Shown here: positions 10,195 to 19,862 of the stretch, piece by piece | Position numbering within the stretch: position 1 is the stretch's first letter | How the letters are laid out: each line of letters begins with the position of its first letter | DNA from: Bacteroidota bacterium | GTDB lineage: Bacteria; Bacteroidota; Bacteroidia; UBA4408 | Direction of reading: 5' to 3' | DNA: 64,000 nucleotides | Assembly (NCBI GenBank): GCA_037131955.1 | Contig: JBAXQC010000006.1 | Span: forward strand, 2,388 to 66,387 | Notes under the pieces: generated by a model | The model's database searches: none | What the model was told of the DNA's origin: nothing | Seen by the model: only the letters and a program-made list of their open reading frames with translations | Translations under genes and position numbers: made by a program

Positions 10195-10720
10195 GCTTGT
10201 GTTTATGGTATTGATGTGAATACGTTTCTACTGAATCAATTATTTTGTTGTTTCTATTGAGGTTTAAGTCCGACATGTCAATAACTGTAAATTGAGTGCA
10301 ACGTGTAAGCCTGTCCGCAGATAATGCAACACCTTTTATTAATCCGTATTTTTGAATGCAAGCCTTGCTAAATGCCGAACAACTAATTTCATAAGGACAG
10401 TTGGCTGCAATTTGCTGTGAAACTTGTTTTTGGTAAAAAAACATCATTGCACCAAACGTTAATGAAATTGGATTGTAGCGAATAAAAACATTCTTACTTT
10501 TGGTTTTTAAAAATTTTACATCTCTCTTTTTAAAACTTGCATCTTTAAATTCCTGACTTAGAATTAAATTTTTTTCATCAATAATTTTTTTATTCTGGCT
10601 AAACAAAGTGGGGGAGAGCAGAATTAAAAAAACAACTAATGCAGATTTAGTTTTTAGAAGTTGGGCTAATAAATTTTGCATTGGAAGGAATTTTAAAACT
10701 AAAATTAGTGTCTTCAACAT
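10181..10720 (-). CDS. yidD: YidD-family (haemolytic-domain, membrane protein insertion efficiency factor-like) protein with long N-terminal extension
   Basis: C-terminal half carries the PF01809 signature ...CPYEISCSAFSKACIQKYGLIKGVALSADRLTRCTQF. The N-terminus has a signal-like hydrophobic stretch. The true start may be the internal Met at ~10681 (MQNLLAQL...). Overlaps the upstream ORF by 74 nt if the long start is used. Confidence 0.55.
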   Translation of the reverse strand: MLKTLILVLKFLPMQNLLAQLLKTKSALVVFLILLSPTLFSQNKKIIDEKNLILSQEFKDASFKKRDVKFLKTKSKNVFIRYNPISLTFGAMMFFYQKQVSQQIAANCPYEISCSAFSKACIQKYGLIKGVALSADRLTRCTQFTVIDMSDLNLNRNNKIIDSVETYSHQYHKHKHENH

Positions 10721-11366
10721 CTGAATTTAACTTTGGGTTGGAGTAGGTTTTTTTAGAAATCACAGAATCGTTTATTCCTACATACTCAAACTCTGTAATG
10801 GTTAGAGGCATTTTTAAGTTGCCTATGTATTGATAATTAGAATAGAAAGATTTTTGTAAAGGCTTATTGTTTTTGTTGTAGAAACAAATGAATATGGGTA
10901 GAGAGTTCTCGTGCACCAATTCTACCTTTCCAACATCAGGATTGTTTTCATTTGTCCAAATGGTTACAATCATTTTCTTTTCTCCTGTGGCAGAAGGCTT
11001 TGTTGATTTTAATTTAAAACCAAGCTTCGTCAATCCCATATCGTTAATGTTTCCTGAAAGAAAATTGTAAAAAATACTGTTTTCAGAACTCAAATCTAAG
11101 CCTTGGGTAACAGTAGCAGTGTTTGTTTTAAAATCGTAATGTTTAAACTCACCGTTGTTATTAGTAATTGTTATTTGTTCACTAGGATAAGTAGATTTGG
11201 TAACCATTAAACCGCCAGTTACCCTATAATAAACATTGCTTTTTATAACTATTGATTTTTTATTGTGCAATGTTTTGGCTACCATTTCCAACTTCAATTT
11301 TTCTATTTTCATTTGAGCGTTAACACCAAAACAAATAAGAAAAGTAAGAAGTACTATTTTTTTCAT
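10647..11366 (-). CDS. Secreted hypothetical protein (possible LolA-like fold)
   Basis: 239 aa with signal peptide MKKIVLLTFLICFGVNAQ. No catalytic motifs recognised. Call rests on ORF length and codon usage only. Confidence 0.4.
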   Translation of the reverse strand: MKKIVLLTFLICFGVNAQMKIEKLKLEMVAKTLHNKKSIVIKSNVYYRVTGGLMVTKSTYPSEQITITNNNGEFKHYDFKTNTATVTQGLDLSSENSIFYNFLSGNINDMGLTKLGFKLKSTKPSATGEKKMIVTIWTNENNPDVGKVELVHENSLPIFICFYNKNNKPLQKSFYSNYQYIGNLKMPLTITEFEYVGINDSVISKKTYSNPKLNSDVEDTNFSFKIPSNAKFISPTSKN

Positions 11367-11409
11367 TGCCGCAAAAATAGAGAAAGTACTGAGTAAAAAA
11401 AACGATTAC

Positions 11410-11781
11410 TTATTTGTGAGCGTCTTTTTTGCAACATTCGTTTAACTTTTCGTATGCTTTATTTTGTGCAGGATGATTATCTGCATCATACCCTACTTTT
11501 GTTAGTGAAATTCTTATATTCTCTGAAGTAGTTTTTTTAGGATTAAACCACACACTCAAATACTTAGAATCTACGTTTAAGTTAGATTTTTTTACTCCCT
11601 TTTCAAAAGCCATTGCTTTTTCAATGGTTTCTTTGCACATATCGCACACTGCCGAAGTTTTTATGTTTACAAAGCTCAACTTGGGAGTAATAATTGAGTC
11701 TTTTTCTTGAGTAAAACCATTTAATGCAAAAAACAGGCTAATTAAAATTATAAGATATTTCATGTTGTAATATTTTATCAC
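11410..11781 (-). CDS. Heavy-metal-associated (HMA) domain protein, secreted
   Basis: 123 aa. Signal peptide, CDMC (CxxC) metal-binding motif in a ferredoxin-like HMA context ...VNIKTSAVCDMCKETIEKA.... C-terminal CC/H-rich tail (ECCKKDAHK). Confidence 0.7.
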   Translation of the reverse strand: MIKYYNMKYLIILISLFFALNGFTQEKDSIITPKLSFVNIKTSAVCDMCKETIEKAMAFEKGVKKSNLNVDSKYLSVWFNPKKTTSENIRISLTKVGYDADNHPAQNKAYEKLNECCKKDAHK

Positions 11782-11945
11782 AAGATACTCAAAAACCTTA
11801 CCACATAAACAATTAAATAGTAGTTGAAAATGTGGTGTTTAAAGATATTTTTGTTTTAAATCATCACAAATGTAAAAGTATTTTTTGTGAATTTATTCGC
11901 AAATACTAATTTCACCCTTCTAAACAAGGAAAAATAATAAACAGA

Positions 11946-12437
11946 ATGGAACTAAAAGAAATTCAAGACCTCATAAGATTTGTTGCAAAATCAGGGGTTT
12001 CTGAGGTAGAATTAGAATCAAAAGGGTTTAAAATTGTCATTAAAACCGGCAATGCCCAAGAAATTATAAGGGTTGCAGAACCAACTGTAATTCATGCTCA
12101 AGTTCCGGTTGCTTCTGCTCCAGCACCTGTAGCTGCAACACCTGCAGCACCTGCGGCTCCAATAGCAGCAGCGCCTGTTGCCGACGATTCATCAAAGTAC
12201 GTAACTATAAAATCGCCAATGATAGGAACGTTTTATCGTTCATCAGGACCGGGTAAACCACTTTTTGTTAATGTTGGCGACGAAATTACTGCTGGCAAAG
12301 CAGTGTGTATTATTGAAGCTATGAAATTGTTTAACGAAATTGAATCTGAAATTTCTGGAACAATAGTAAAAGTATTGGTAAACGATGCAACTCCGGTTGA
12401 GTATGACCAACCGTTATTTTTAGTTGAGCCTAAATAG
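11946..12437 (+). CDS. accB: Acetyl-CoA carboxylase biotin carboxyl carrier protein
   Basis: 163 aa. Ala/Pro-rich linker, biotinyl-lysine motif EAMKLFNEIESE, C-terminal hammerhead fold sequence. Immediately upstream of accC. Confidence 0.9.
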   Translation: MELKEIQDLIRFVAKSGVSEVELESKGFKIVIKTGNAQEIIRVAEPTVIHAQVPVASAPAPVAATPAAPAAPIAAAPVADDSSKYVTIKSPMIGTFYRSSGPGKPLFVNVGDEITAGKAVCIIEAMKLFNEIESEISGTIVKVLVNDATPVEYDQPLFLVEPK

Positions 12438-12498
12438 TAAGCTCATATAAGTTTTAATTGGGCTCATTAAAAATTGAGCCTTACATAATTTTCGATAT

Positions 12499-13833
12499 AT
12501 GTTTAAAAAAATACTTATTGCAAACAGAGGTGAAATTGCACTTAGGGTAATAAGAACCTGCCGTGAAATGGGAATTAAAACGGTTGCCGTTTATTCTACT
12601 GCCGACAAAGAAAGCTTACATGTGAAGTTTGCCGATGAAGCTGTTTGCATAGGCCCCCCTCCAAGCAAAGATTCTTACCTAAACATGCAAAGAATTCTTT
12701 CTGCTGCAGAAATTACAAATGCCGATGCTATTCATCCTGGTTACGGTTTTCTTTCAGAGAATGCCAAGTTTTCTAAATTGTGCCAAGAGCACGGAATAAA
12801 ATTTATTGGTGCTTCGCCAGAAATGATAGAAGGCATGGGTGATAAATCCAATGCCAAAGACACCATGAAAAAAGCGGGAGTTCCCACAATTCCTGGTTCC
12901 GATGGTTTGCTTACAGACATTGACGAAGCAATAAAAGTTGCAAAGGCAATGAAATATCCTGTTATTCTAAAAGCAACTGCCGGTGGCGGAGGAAAAGGAA
13001 TGAGGATTGTTTGGAAAGAAGAAGAATTATTAGAAATGTGGGACAGTGCAAGGCAAGAAGCAGGTGCCGCTTTTGGCAACGATGCCATGTACATGGAAAA
13101 ATACATTCAAGAACCACGACACATTGAAATTCAAATTGTAGGCGATCAGTTTGGGAAAGCCTGCCATTTAAGCGAAAGAGACTGTTCAATACAACGTCGT
13201 CATCAAAAATTATTAGAAGAAACACCTTCTCCGTTTATGACACCCGAGCTGAGAGATGCCATGGGAGATGCCGCCGTAAAAGCTGCCTTGGCAGTGAAAT
13301 ACGAGGGCGTTGGAACAGTAGAGTTTTTGGTGGACAAAGACAGAAATTTCTATTTTATGGAAATGAATACCAGAATTCAGGTGGAACATCCCATAACAGA
13401 AGAAGTAATTGATTACGATTTAATTCGTGAGCAAATATTAGTGGCAGCAGGCATTCCAATTTCAGGAAAAAATTATTATCCAAATTTGCATGCCATAGAA
13501 TGTAGGATAAATGCCGAAGATCCTTACAATAATTTTAGACCTTGTCCTGGGAAAATTACTAATTTACACATTCCTGGTGGTCATGGAGTAAGAGTAGATT
13601 CACACGTTTATGCTGGATATACTATCCCTCCCAACTACGACTCAATGATTGCAAAATTAATTACCATTGCACAAACAAGAGAAGAAGCCATTGCAAAAAT
13701 GTACAGGGCTTTAAGTGAATTTGTGATAGAAGGTGTAAAAACTACCATTCCTTTTCATTTGAAGTTGATGCAAAACGATGATTTTAAAGCAGGAAATTAC
13801 ACTACTAAGTTTTTAGAAACTTTTGATTATTAG
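12499..13833 (+). CDS. accC: Acetyl-CoA carboxylase biotin carboxylase subunit
   Basis: 444 aa. [23 protein letters not shown]-grasp motifs ([19 protein letters not shown]). Full-length collinearity with AccC. Confidence 0.95.
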   Translation: MFKKILIANRGEIALRVIRTCREMGIKTVAVYSTADKESLHVKFADEAVCIGPPPSKDSYLNMQRILSAAEITNADAIHPGYGFLSENAKFSKLCQEHGIKFIGASPEMIEGMGDKSNAKDTMKKAGVPTIPGSDGLLTDIDEAIKVAKAMKYPVILKATAGGGGKGMRIVWKEEELLEMWDSARQEAGAAFGNDAMYMEKYIQEPRHIEIQIVGDQFGKACHLSERDCSIQRRHQKLLEETPSPFMTPELRDAMGDAAVKAALAVKYEGVGTVEFLVDKDRNFYFMEMNTRIQVEHPITEEVIDYDLIREQILVAAGIPISGKNYYPNLHAIECRINAEDPYNNFRPCPGKITNLHIPGGHGVRVDSHVYAGYTIPPNYDSMIAKLITIAQTREEAIAKMYRALSEFVIEGVKTTIPFHLKLMQNDDFKAGNYTTKFLETFDY

Positions 13834-14102
13834 AATTTAGTTGAAATAGTTATTAAAATAATTAATGTTGGTGTTTTTGCTTTATTGTAGTTGATTACCA
13901 TTAAAGAAATAATTTTTTGGAACAAATATTTGCAAACATTCTGCTTTCAAATCCAGTAAAAACAGAATTAGACTCAATGGAAACAGCATCATTAGTAGAT
14001 ACCGGTGCTTTGTTATTGCATATTCCAAAGTATTTGGCAATTCGGTAGTTATCTGCTATTATTACGAGACAGCTCAAAAACAACAAGCAATTTTTGAAGT
14101 TG

Positions 14103-14183
14103 AACGAGAGTAATTTTTACTTTTATTTTAACAACGAGAGTAAAAAATGATTATTTTTACCCTTGTATAGACAACATGAGTAA
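14103..14183 (+). promoter_or_regulatory. Three direct repeats AAC[G/A][A/T]GAGTAA upstream of fic, candidate operator/promoter element
   Basis: aacgagagtaa at 14103 and 14133 (each followed by t-rich ...tttttac), aacatgagtaa at 14173. Spacing is 30 and 40 bp. The fic ATG is at 14202. Confidence 0.3.
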
Positions 14184-14201
14184 AATTGACGTTTAAACAT
14201 A

Positions 14202-15311
14202 ATGGAAAAATTTGACCGAAAAATTCCGTATAACGATCTGCCATTGCTTCCACCAAAGGCAGATATAGAAACAAAACACATACTTCGAAAAACAATTTCG
14301 GCAGGACGAGTATTAGCTCAACTAAATGGGACTTTACTCAATTTACCTAACCCAACACTTTTTTTAGACACCATTTATTTACAAGAAGCGAAAGCGAGCT
14401 CGGAAGTAGAGAACATTATTACAACAAATGATGAACTCTACAAATCATTGGTTGCCGACAGAAAAGTAGAAAATTCTGCAACAAAAGAAGTATTAAGCTA
14501 CAAAGAAGCACTTTGGTTAGGGTTAGAAGAATTGAAATTAAAACCATTTATAACGACCAATCTTTGTATCAAAATTGTTCAGTGCATTAAACAAAACAAC
14601 ACTTCAATAAGGAATACACCGGGAACTATATTGAGCACTAAACAAGGCGAAATAATTTACACCCCGCCAAGTGGTGAACAGATTATACGTGAGAAATTAG
14701 CAAACTTAGAAAAGTTCATAAACAAACCTGCCCGCTCTGCAGGAGGGGATGATGCGATAGATCCTTTAATAAAAATGGCAATATTGCACTATCAATTTGA
14801 AGCGATACACCCATTCTCGGACGGTAACGGAAGAACAGGAAGAATTTTATTGTTATTGTACCTAAAACTATCAGGCTTATTGAACACACCTGCAATTTAT
14901 TTGAGTGAATATATCATCAAAAACAAAGTTGAGTATTATAGATGTTTGCGAGATGTAACCGAAAAAAACGAATGGGAAGATTACATTTTGTATATGTTGG
15001 ATATGATTGAAGAAACTGCCAATAAAGGTTTGAAAACACTAAATAAAATTACAACAACAATGGAAAAAACTGCAACCGAAATCAAAAACAAATTGCCAAA
15101 AGTTTACTCTAAAGACTTGATTGAGATTTTATTCCGTTTACCCTATACCAAACGTCAACACTTGATTGACGAAAATATTGGAAACTTAAAGACAGTTGGA
15201 AATTATTTGATAGCCTTAGAAGAAAACGGCTTTTTGAAATCAGAAAAAGTGGGGAAAGAGAAACTATACATAAACCAAAAACTATTAGAAATATTGGAAA
15301 ACAAAGAATAG
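14202..15311 (+). CDS. fic: Fic-family AMPylase (class II, N-terminal inhibitory motif, Fic_N + Fic + C-terminal winged HTH; SoFic-like)
   Basis: 369 aa. Canonical active-site motif HPFSDGNGRTGR (HPFx[D/E]GNGRxxR). N-terminal 'SSEVEN' matches the intramolecular (S/T)xxxE(G/N) inhibitory helix. C-terminal ~90 aa is wHTH-like. Confidence 0.85.
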   Translation: MEKFDRKIPYNDLPLLPPKADIETKHILRKTISAGRVLAQLNGTLLNLPNPTLFLDTIYLQEAKASSEVENIITTNDELYKSLVADRKVENSATKEVLSYKEALWLGLEELKLKPFITTNLCIKIVQCIKQNNTSIRNTPGTILSTKQGEIIYTPPSGEQIIREKLANLEKFINKPARSAGGDDAIDPLIKMAILHYQFEAIHPFSDGNGRTGRILLLLYLKLSGLLNTPAIYLSEYIIKNKVEYYRCLRDVTEKNEWEDYILYMLDMIEETANKGLKTLNKITTTMEKTATEIKNKLPKVYSKDLIEILFRLPYTKRQHLIDENIGNLKTVGNYLIALEENGFLKSEKVGKEKLYINQKLLEILENKE

Positions 15312-15484
15312 CAGCCGATAACAACACTTGCTCAAAAGGCGGGGTTTATCAGCAGGTTCGTTGGAAGCTATTCCTATAGAAGACATGGATTTAATTATTA
15401 ATCCCGCACAACTAAAATTAATAGTTAACCCAAACAATCACAATATTGCCGGAGCTTTGGTGGTTTGATAAATTAAGTTTTTCA

Positions 15485-16999
15485 TCATTCTACCTTCACC
15501 ACCTTTCTCCTGTTCGTTTCTCCTACCTCAGTTTGCACCTCCACAAAATACATTCCACTTGAAAAATCAGTTAAGTCTATTTTAGCAAAAGTGCTTTTGG
15601 TATTTTCTTGCAAAATTCTATTTCCATTAATAGTAAACACACTTACGTTTTTTATTTCTTGGCTAGCATTGATGTAAAACACATTTTGGCTTGGGTTAGG
15701 AAAAATACTAAGTTCTTGCAACTCTTGTATATCTTCTAAACCCGTTAGTTGGCAATCTTGCACAATACAGCCGTATTTGTCTGTTTTTACAAGCCAAGCA
15801 CGATAGGGACCAATGCTGTCTGTACTATAATACTGTGTATAACCAACACATAAAAAACCACTATCAGGGGTTTGGGTAAAATCTAAAAACCCATTAAACG
15901 AAGTGTCTGAATTAAAATACTCATAGTTATATTCAAAAATAAAATTTCCTTCAGTATCATATTTTCTTAAATGTGCTATTTTACCTGATTGACCATACCT
16001 TCCTTTATCCCCCACAGAATAAAAATAATTATTACTTAACCTAAAACCAGTTGAAGCATAACCAAGAATTCCATCATTATAATCTTTTTGCCAAATAACA
16101 TTTCCATTTTTATCAGTTTTGAAAATGGCAGGATACTTTTCTTCACCATCTAAAATACTGTTATATTTATAAAGCATAGCTTCAAAAATTAAAGTACTGT
16201 CTTCCATTTCTACAATTCCAGATATTCCACTATTTTGCTGCAAGCTACCTCCATACCTATTGTACCATAACTGATTTCCCAACGAATCTATTTTAATTAA
16301 TGTAGGTCTGTAAACAGAACCGGTTCCTGTTCCGGGATTAAAAAAAGTATAAGAGTTTAGTAAGTAATTGCCATCCAAGGTTTGCTGCACACCCAAATTT
16401 AAGCCTCTATCAGTAAAGGTAAACAACTTTGTCCAGAGCACATTTCCAAGGGTATCTAATTTCATTGCCAAGGGATATTCGTCCCAAGGATTAGTGCCAC
16501 CAACAGGGTATTTGCTTCTGCCACCTACTGCTAAAATGGTATGGTCTGGCATTTCAATTGCTTCTATAATTCTCCAATTGTAGGTGTTGTCTCCTACATT
16601 GAAAAATGCTAAGGAGTCTCCTTGTAAATTATATGTTGCAATTATACCCTTAGAGTTACCATTGTAGGTTTGTAAACCAAATGAGTAAATTTTTGTGGAA
16701 TCCCTGTTAAAATGAGTTTTGCCTCTTGTTGTATAAATATTTCCATAAGTGTATCTCTTTTGATTGGTCATCTCAAAATTCTCATTAAATACAATAAAAT
16801 TATTAGCAAACTCGCTATTAGTAAGTATTGATGGCATAAATAAATAATATGAATTGTTTTTATTTAATAAAGAATAGTAATAATTACTGCTAAAATCTGC
16901 AGTGTCTAACCTATTAATGTAATTTTCTTGAGAAAAAACAATTTTATTTATGCAAAATAAACTTAATGTAAAAACAAAGAAATACTTTAATGATCCCAT
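15485..16999 (-). CDS. T9SS-secreted protein with C-terminal Por sorting domain (type A CTD)
   Basis: 504 aa. Signal peptide, Gly/Asn/Tyr-rich beta-rich body, C-terminal ~80 aa ...LSIFPNPSQNVFYINASQEIKNVSVFTINGNRILQE...GMYFVEVQTEVGETNRRKVVKVE typical of TIGR04183-type CTDs. Confidence 0.7.
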   Translation of the reverse strand: MGSLKYFFVFTLSLFCINKIVFSQENYINRLDTADFSSNYYYSLLNKNNSYYLFMPSILTNSEFANNFIVFNENFEMTNQKRYTYGNIYTTRGKTHFNRDSTKIYSFGLQTYNGNSKGIIATYNLQGDSLAFFNVGDNTYNWRIIEAIEMPDHTILAVGGRSKYPVGGTNPWDEYPLAMKLDTLGNVLWTKLFTFTDRGLNLGVQQTLDGNYLLNSYTFFNPGTGTGSVYRPTLIKIDSLGNQLWYNRYGGSLQQNSGISGIVEMEDSTLIFEAMLYKYNSILDGEEKYPAIFKTDKNGNVIWQKDYNDGILGYASTGFRLSNNYFYSVGDKGRYGQSGKIAHLRKYDTEGNFIFEYNYEYFNSDTSFNGFLDFTQTPDSGFLCVGYTQYYSTDSIGPYRAWLVKTDKYGCIVQDCQLTGLEDIQELQELSIFPNPSQNVFYINASQEIKNVSVFTINGNRILQENTKSTFAKIDLTDFSSGMYFVEVQTEVGETNRRKVVKVE

Positions 17000-17010
17000 A
17001 AAAGAATTAA

Positions 17011-17364
17011 TTAATTTTCAATAATTAATTTATGATAATGGCTGTCAAATCTCACAAAATATAATCCTGGTTTAATTTCAGATACATCAATTTTTATAGA
17101 GCTTGGGTTTGCTTTTATACTTTTTATTATTTTGCCATTTGTATCAGTTATTACAATATCTTGATTTATATTTTCAACTTGAATGTTTACAAAGTCCTTT
17201 GCAGGATTGGGAGATATTAGTAAAGAATTTGCAAGTACATTTTTTGAATTAAATTGCACTAAATTGTTTTCTATTTCTTCTTTTTGAGCCTCGTTACCAT
17301 GTTGTGCCATTCGAGAAGAATTGTTTGAATTGCCAATTAAATTTTCTTTATAAAAATACTGCAT
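17011..17364 (-). CDS. Orphan T9SS C-terminal sorting-domain-only ORF (probable remnant of a cargo gene)
   Basis: 117 aa. The C-terminal 75 aa is ...LLISPNPAKDFVNIQVENINQDIVITDTNGKIIKSIKA...IKPGLYFVRFDSHYHKLIIEN, a CTD fold. No functional domain or signal peptide upstream. 187 bp of non-coding sequence lies 5' of it. Confidence 0.45.
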   Translation of the reverse strand: MQYFYKENLIGNSNNSSRMAQHGNEAQKEEIENNLVQFNSKNVLANSLLISPNPAKDFVNIQVENINQDIVITDTNGKIIKSIKANPSSIKIDVSEIKPGLYFVRFDSHYHKLIIEN

Positions 17365-17689
17365 AAAGCCTTTGGCTTTTGCGGCAGCTTTGTTGTTGTG
17401 GTTTTATGCAAAATCTCTAATAATATCTTTTTCTGTTTTCTCTAATTGGTAAGGATTTTTCTGATTGCTGTATAGTTCTATCATTTGGTTTTTTTTGATA
17501 TCACCTTCTAAACATTGTTTTTAAATTTTAAATAAATATAAATACACTTTCTTGAACTTGCTAACATTTGATGTTAAATTTTTTGCTTTCATTCAAAATG
17601 AGAAATTTTATATCAATCATTTAAAGCTAACAAACCAAAAAAACTTTAAACTTGCTAAACAATTTGCATTACAATTGTTTTTACTAAAT

Positions 17690-18181
17690 ATGGTTACCAT
17701 CCACGAAAATCTAAAATCTCTCCTAGAAAAAATTCCCGACCCGGAAATTCCGGTGCTTACTATTTTAGATTTAGGTGTAATAAGAAAAGCCACAGAAAAT
17801 GAAAATGGCGAAGTAGAAATTACCATAACGCCAACCTATAGTGGTTGCCCCGCCATGAAACAAATGGAGTATGAAATAAGGAACGTTTTAGAAATAAATG
17901 GGTATAAAAAAATTACAATAAATACGGTTTATTCTCCGGCTTGGACTACCGATTGGATACCCGATGAAGCACTAGAGAAATTGCGTAAATATGGTATTTC
18001 ACCACCAGAAAAAACATCACAAGACAAACTAAGTATTTTAGGTAAATCAAAAATTGTAAAATGTCCACAGTGTGGTTCTGCTAATTCCGAAATGGTAAGC
18101 CAGTTTGGCTCTACTGCTTGCAAGGCATTGTATAAATGCAAAGATTGTTTAGAGCCCTTCGATTATTTTAAGTGTATTTAA
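17690..18181 (+). CDS. paaD: 1,2-phenylacetyl-CoA epoxidase subunit D (PaaD/PaaJ-type, DUF59 + Zn-ribbon)
   Basis: Motifs IPDPEIPVLTILDLGVIR, TPTYSGCPA, YSPAWTTDWI, YGISPP, C-terminal CPQCGS...FGSTACKALYKCKDCLEPFDYFKCI. The track ORF begins at TTG 17552. ATG 17690 (MVTIHENL...) fits the family length better. Confidence 0.8.
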   Translation: MVTIHENLKSLLEKIPDPEIPVLTILDLGVIRKATENENGEVEITITPTYSGCPAMKQMEYEIRNVLEINGYKKITINTVYSPAWTTDWIPDEALEKLRKYGISPPEKTSQDKLSILGKSKIVKCPQCGSANSEMVSQFGSTACKALYKCKDCLEPFDYFKCI

Positions 18182-18732
18182 GCACACTTTTTTTTCCTTT
18201 CTTTTTTTATTCTTGTGATCAGGTCATCTTTTGAAAAATCAAAAAAGTCTAAGGTCTTGGGGTCGTAACGCAAATCCATAATGGGTATGGTTTTTAAAAA
18301 TGTAAAATCTTGGCATTTATTCTTGGGCTTAAACATGCTAGATTCAATATCATAGGGAATATTTACATGATCTTCTTTTTTGTATTTCCAATTCAAATAG
18401 TCGATATTTCTGGTATCAATTAAAATTATTTTTTCTGTGTAACCAGCTGTTGCAGTAAATACAATTTTGTAGCTTTTTTCTTTGTAAAACACATAACTAA
18501 ATTTGCCCGATTCATCTGTGTTTACAGTTTTTATTAAGGTATCGTTTACAAAAATATTTACAGGAAGCTCTGCAACATCTTTTTTAGTGTCTAAGTCAAA
18601 AACATGAAATTTAAAGGGGAGTTTTACGTCTTGCGTTTGAGAAAAAACAAGTGAACACCACAAAATAAAAAAAACACCAATAGTAATCTTAAAAAGTATT
18701 TTCATTATTGGATATAAATCTCTTAAGCCCAA
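18178..18732 (-). CDS. Secreted hypothetical protein (carboxypeptidase-regulatory-like beta-sandwich possible)
   Basis: 184 aa. Signal/TM MKILFKITIGVFFILWCSLVFSQ, Lys-rich C-terminus. Sits between paaA and the convergent paaD. Overlaps the paaD stop by 4 nt. Confidence 0.45.
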   Translation of the reverse strand: MGLRDLYPIMKILFKITIGVFFILWCSLVFSQTQDVKLPFKFHVFDLDTKKDVAELPVNIFVNDTLIKTVNTDESGKFSYVFYKEKSYKIVFTATAGYTEKIILIDTRNIDYLNWKYKKEDHVNIPYDIESSMFKPKNKCQDFTFLKTIPIMDLRYDPKTLDFFDFSKDDLITRIKKERKKKCA

Positions 18733-18894
18733 ACAAAAAAATTATCTTCTAACATTTTTGATGTATTAAATAAACAACAAATTTGTAATACAAGCTATTT
18801 AAAAATGTAAATGAACAATTTTAAATTATAAATGGTAGTAACAATAATTGAAAAAAATCCTCAGGAATTTTTGTGTTTCAATTCTCGAAATAAT

Positions 18895-19830
18895 TTATGC
18901 AGCAACAGTTTTTCTTTGTTTTGCTGCATAAGCCATTGCTGCTTCTCTTACCCAAGCTCCATCGCTGTGTGCTTTCTGACGGGTGTTTAATCTTTCTATG
19001 TTACAAGGGCCATTTCCTTTTATTACACTAAAAAACTCGTCCCAATTTATTTTGCCGTAATCGTAATGACCTCTTTCTGCATTCCATTTTAAATCTTTAT
19101 CAGGAACTACTAGTCCTGCAAATTCGGCTTGCGGCACTGTTCTATCTATAAATCGTTGACGGAGTTCGTCGTTAGATTCTAATTTCACTCTCCATTTTAC
19201 CAAATCGGCACTGTTGGGCGACATATCATCTGGCGGACCAAACATCATAATTGAAGGCCACCACCATCTGTTTAATGCATCTTGCGCCATTTCTTTTTGC
19301 TCTTTGGTTCCTTTGGCCATAGATAAAATTAACTCGTAGCCCTGACGATTGTGGAAGCTTTCTTCTTTACAAATTCTAATCATTGCTCTTGAATAAGGGC
19401 CGTAAGAACCACGTGCCAACATGGTTTGATTCATGATAGCTGCACCATCTACCAACCAACCTATTGCTCCAATATCTGCCCAATTTAATGAAGGATAATT
19501 AAAAATACTCGAATATTTTGCTTTGCCAGTTAACAATTGATCCAATAATTCTTCGCGGTCTATACCTAATGTTTCTGCGGCACTGTACAAATAAAGTCCA
19601 TGACCTGCTTCGTCTTGTACTTTTGCCAATAAAATAGATTTTCTTCTTAGACTTGGTGCTCTTGTTATCCAATTGCCTTCGGGCAACATTCCCACAATCT
19701 CTGAGTGAGCATGCTGAGAAATCATTCTTATCAGTTGCTTTTTATAGTTTTCAGGCATCCAATCTTTTGGTTCAATTTTTAAACCTTTGGCTAACTTGTC
19801 TTCAAAAATTTTTTCTTGATTTGTTTCCAT
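18895..19830 (-). CDS. paaA: 1,2-phenylacetyl-CoA epoxidase catalytic subunit A
   Basis: 311 aa. Di-iron ferritin-like motifs [56 protein letters not shown]. Full-length collinear with PaaA. Confidence 0.9.
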   Translation of the reverse strand: METNQEKIFEDKLAKGLKIEPKDWMPENYKKQLIRMISQHAHSEIVGMLPEGNWITRAPSLRRKSILLAKVQDEAGHGLYLYSAAETLGIDREELLDQLLTGKAKYSSIFNYPSLNWADIGAIGWLVDGAAIMNQTMLARGSYGPYSRAMIRICKEESFHNRQGYELILSMAKGTKEQKEMAQDALNRWWWPSIMMFGPPDDMSPNSADLVKWRVKLESNDELRQRFIDRTVPQAEFAGLVVPDKDLKWNAERGHYDYGKINWDEFFSVIKGNGPCNIERLNTRQKAHSDGAWVREAAMAYAAKQRKTVAA

Positions 19831-19862
19831 ATTTTCTAATAACAGAATTTCTTTTTTTTTGT

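Noticed and set aside
12741-13225. Antisense ORFs inside accC (12741..13106, 12962..13225)
   Set aside because: Embedded in a near-perfectly conserved AccC coding frame. Typical GC-skewed antisense artefacts.
13901-14086. 61-aa minus-strand ORF and a 23-aa plus-strand micro-ORF (13978..14049) whose translation METASLVDTGALLLHIPKY contains an aspartic-protease-like LVDTGA motif
   Set aside because: Too short for a retropepsin fold (needs ~100 aa or more), no ribosome-binding context, and the motif alone is weak evidence. The region is more plausibly the fic promoter/operator region.
15312-15484. tRNA-like fragment (…gcaggttcgttggaagc…) in the Fic/T9SS-cargo intergenic region
   Set aside because: No acceptor stem/T-arm pairing can be built and there is no GTTCGAATC T-loop, so it is not a tRNA.
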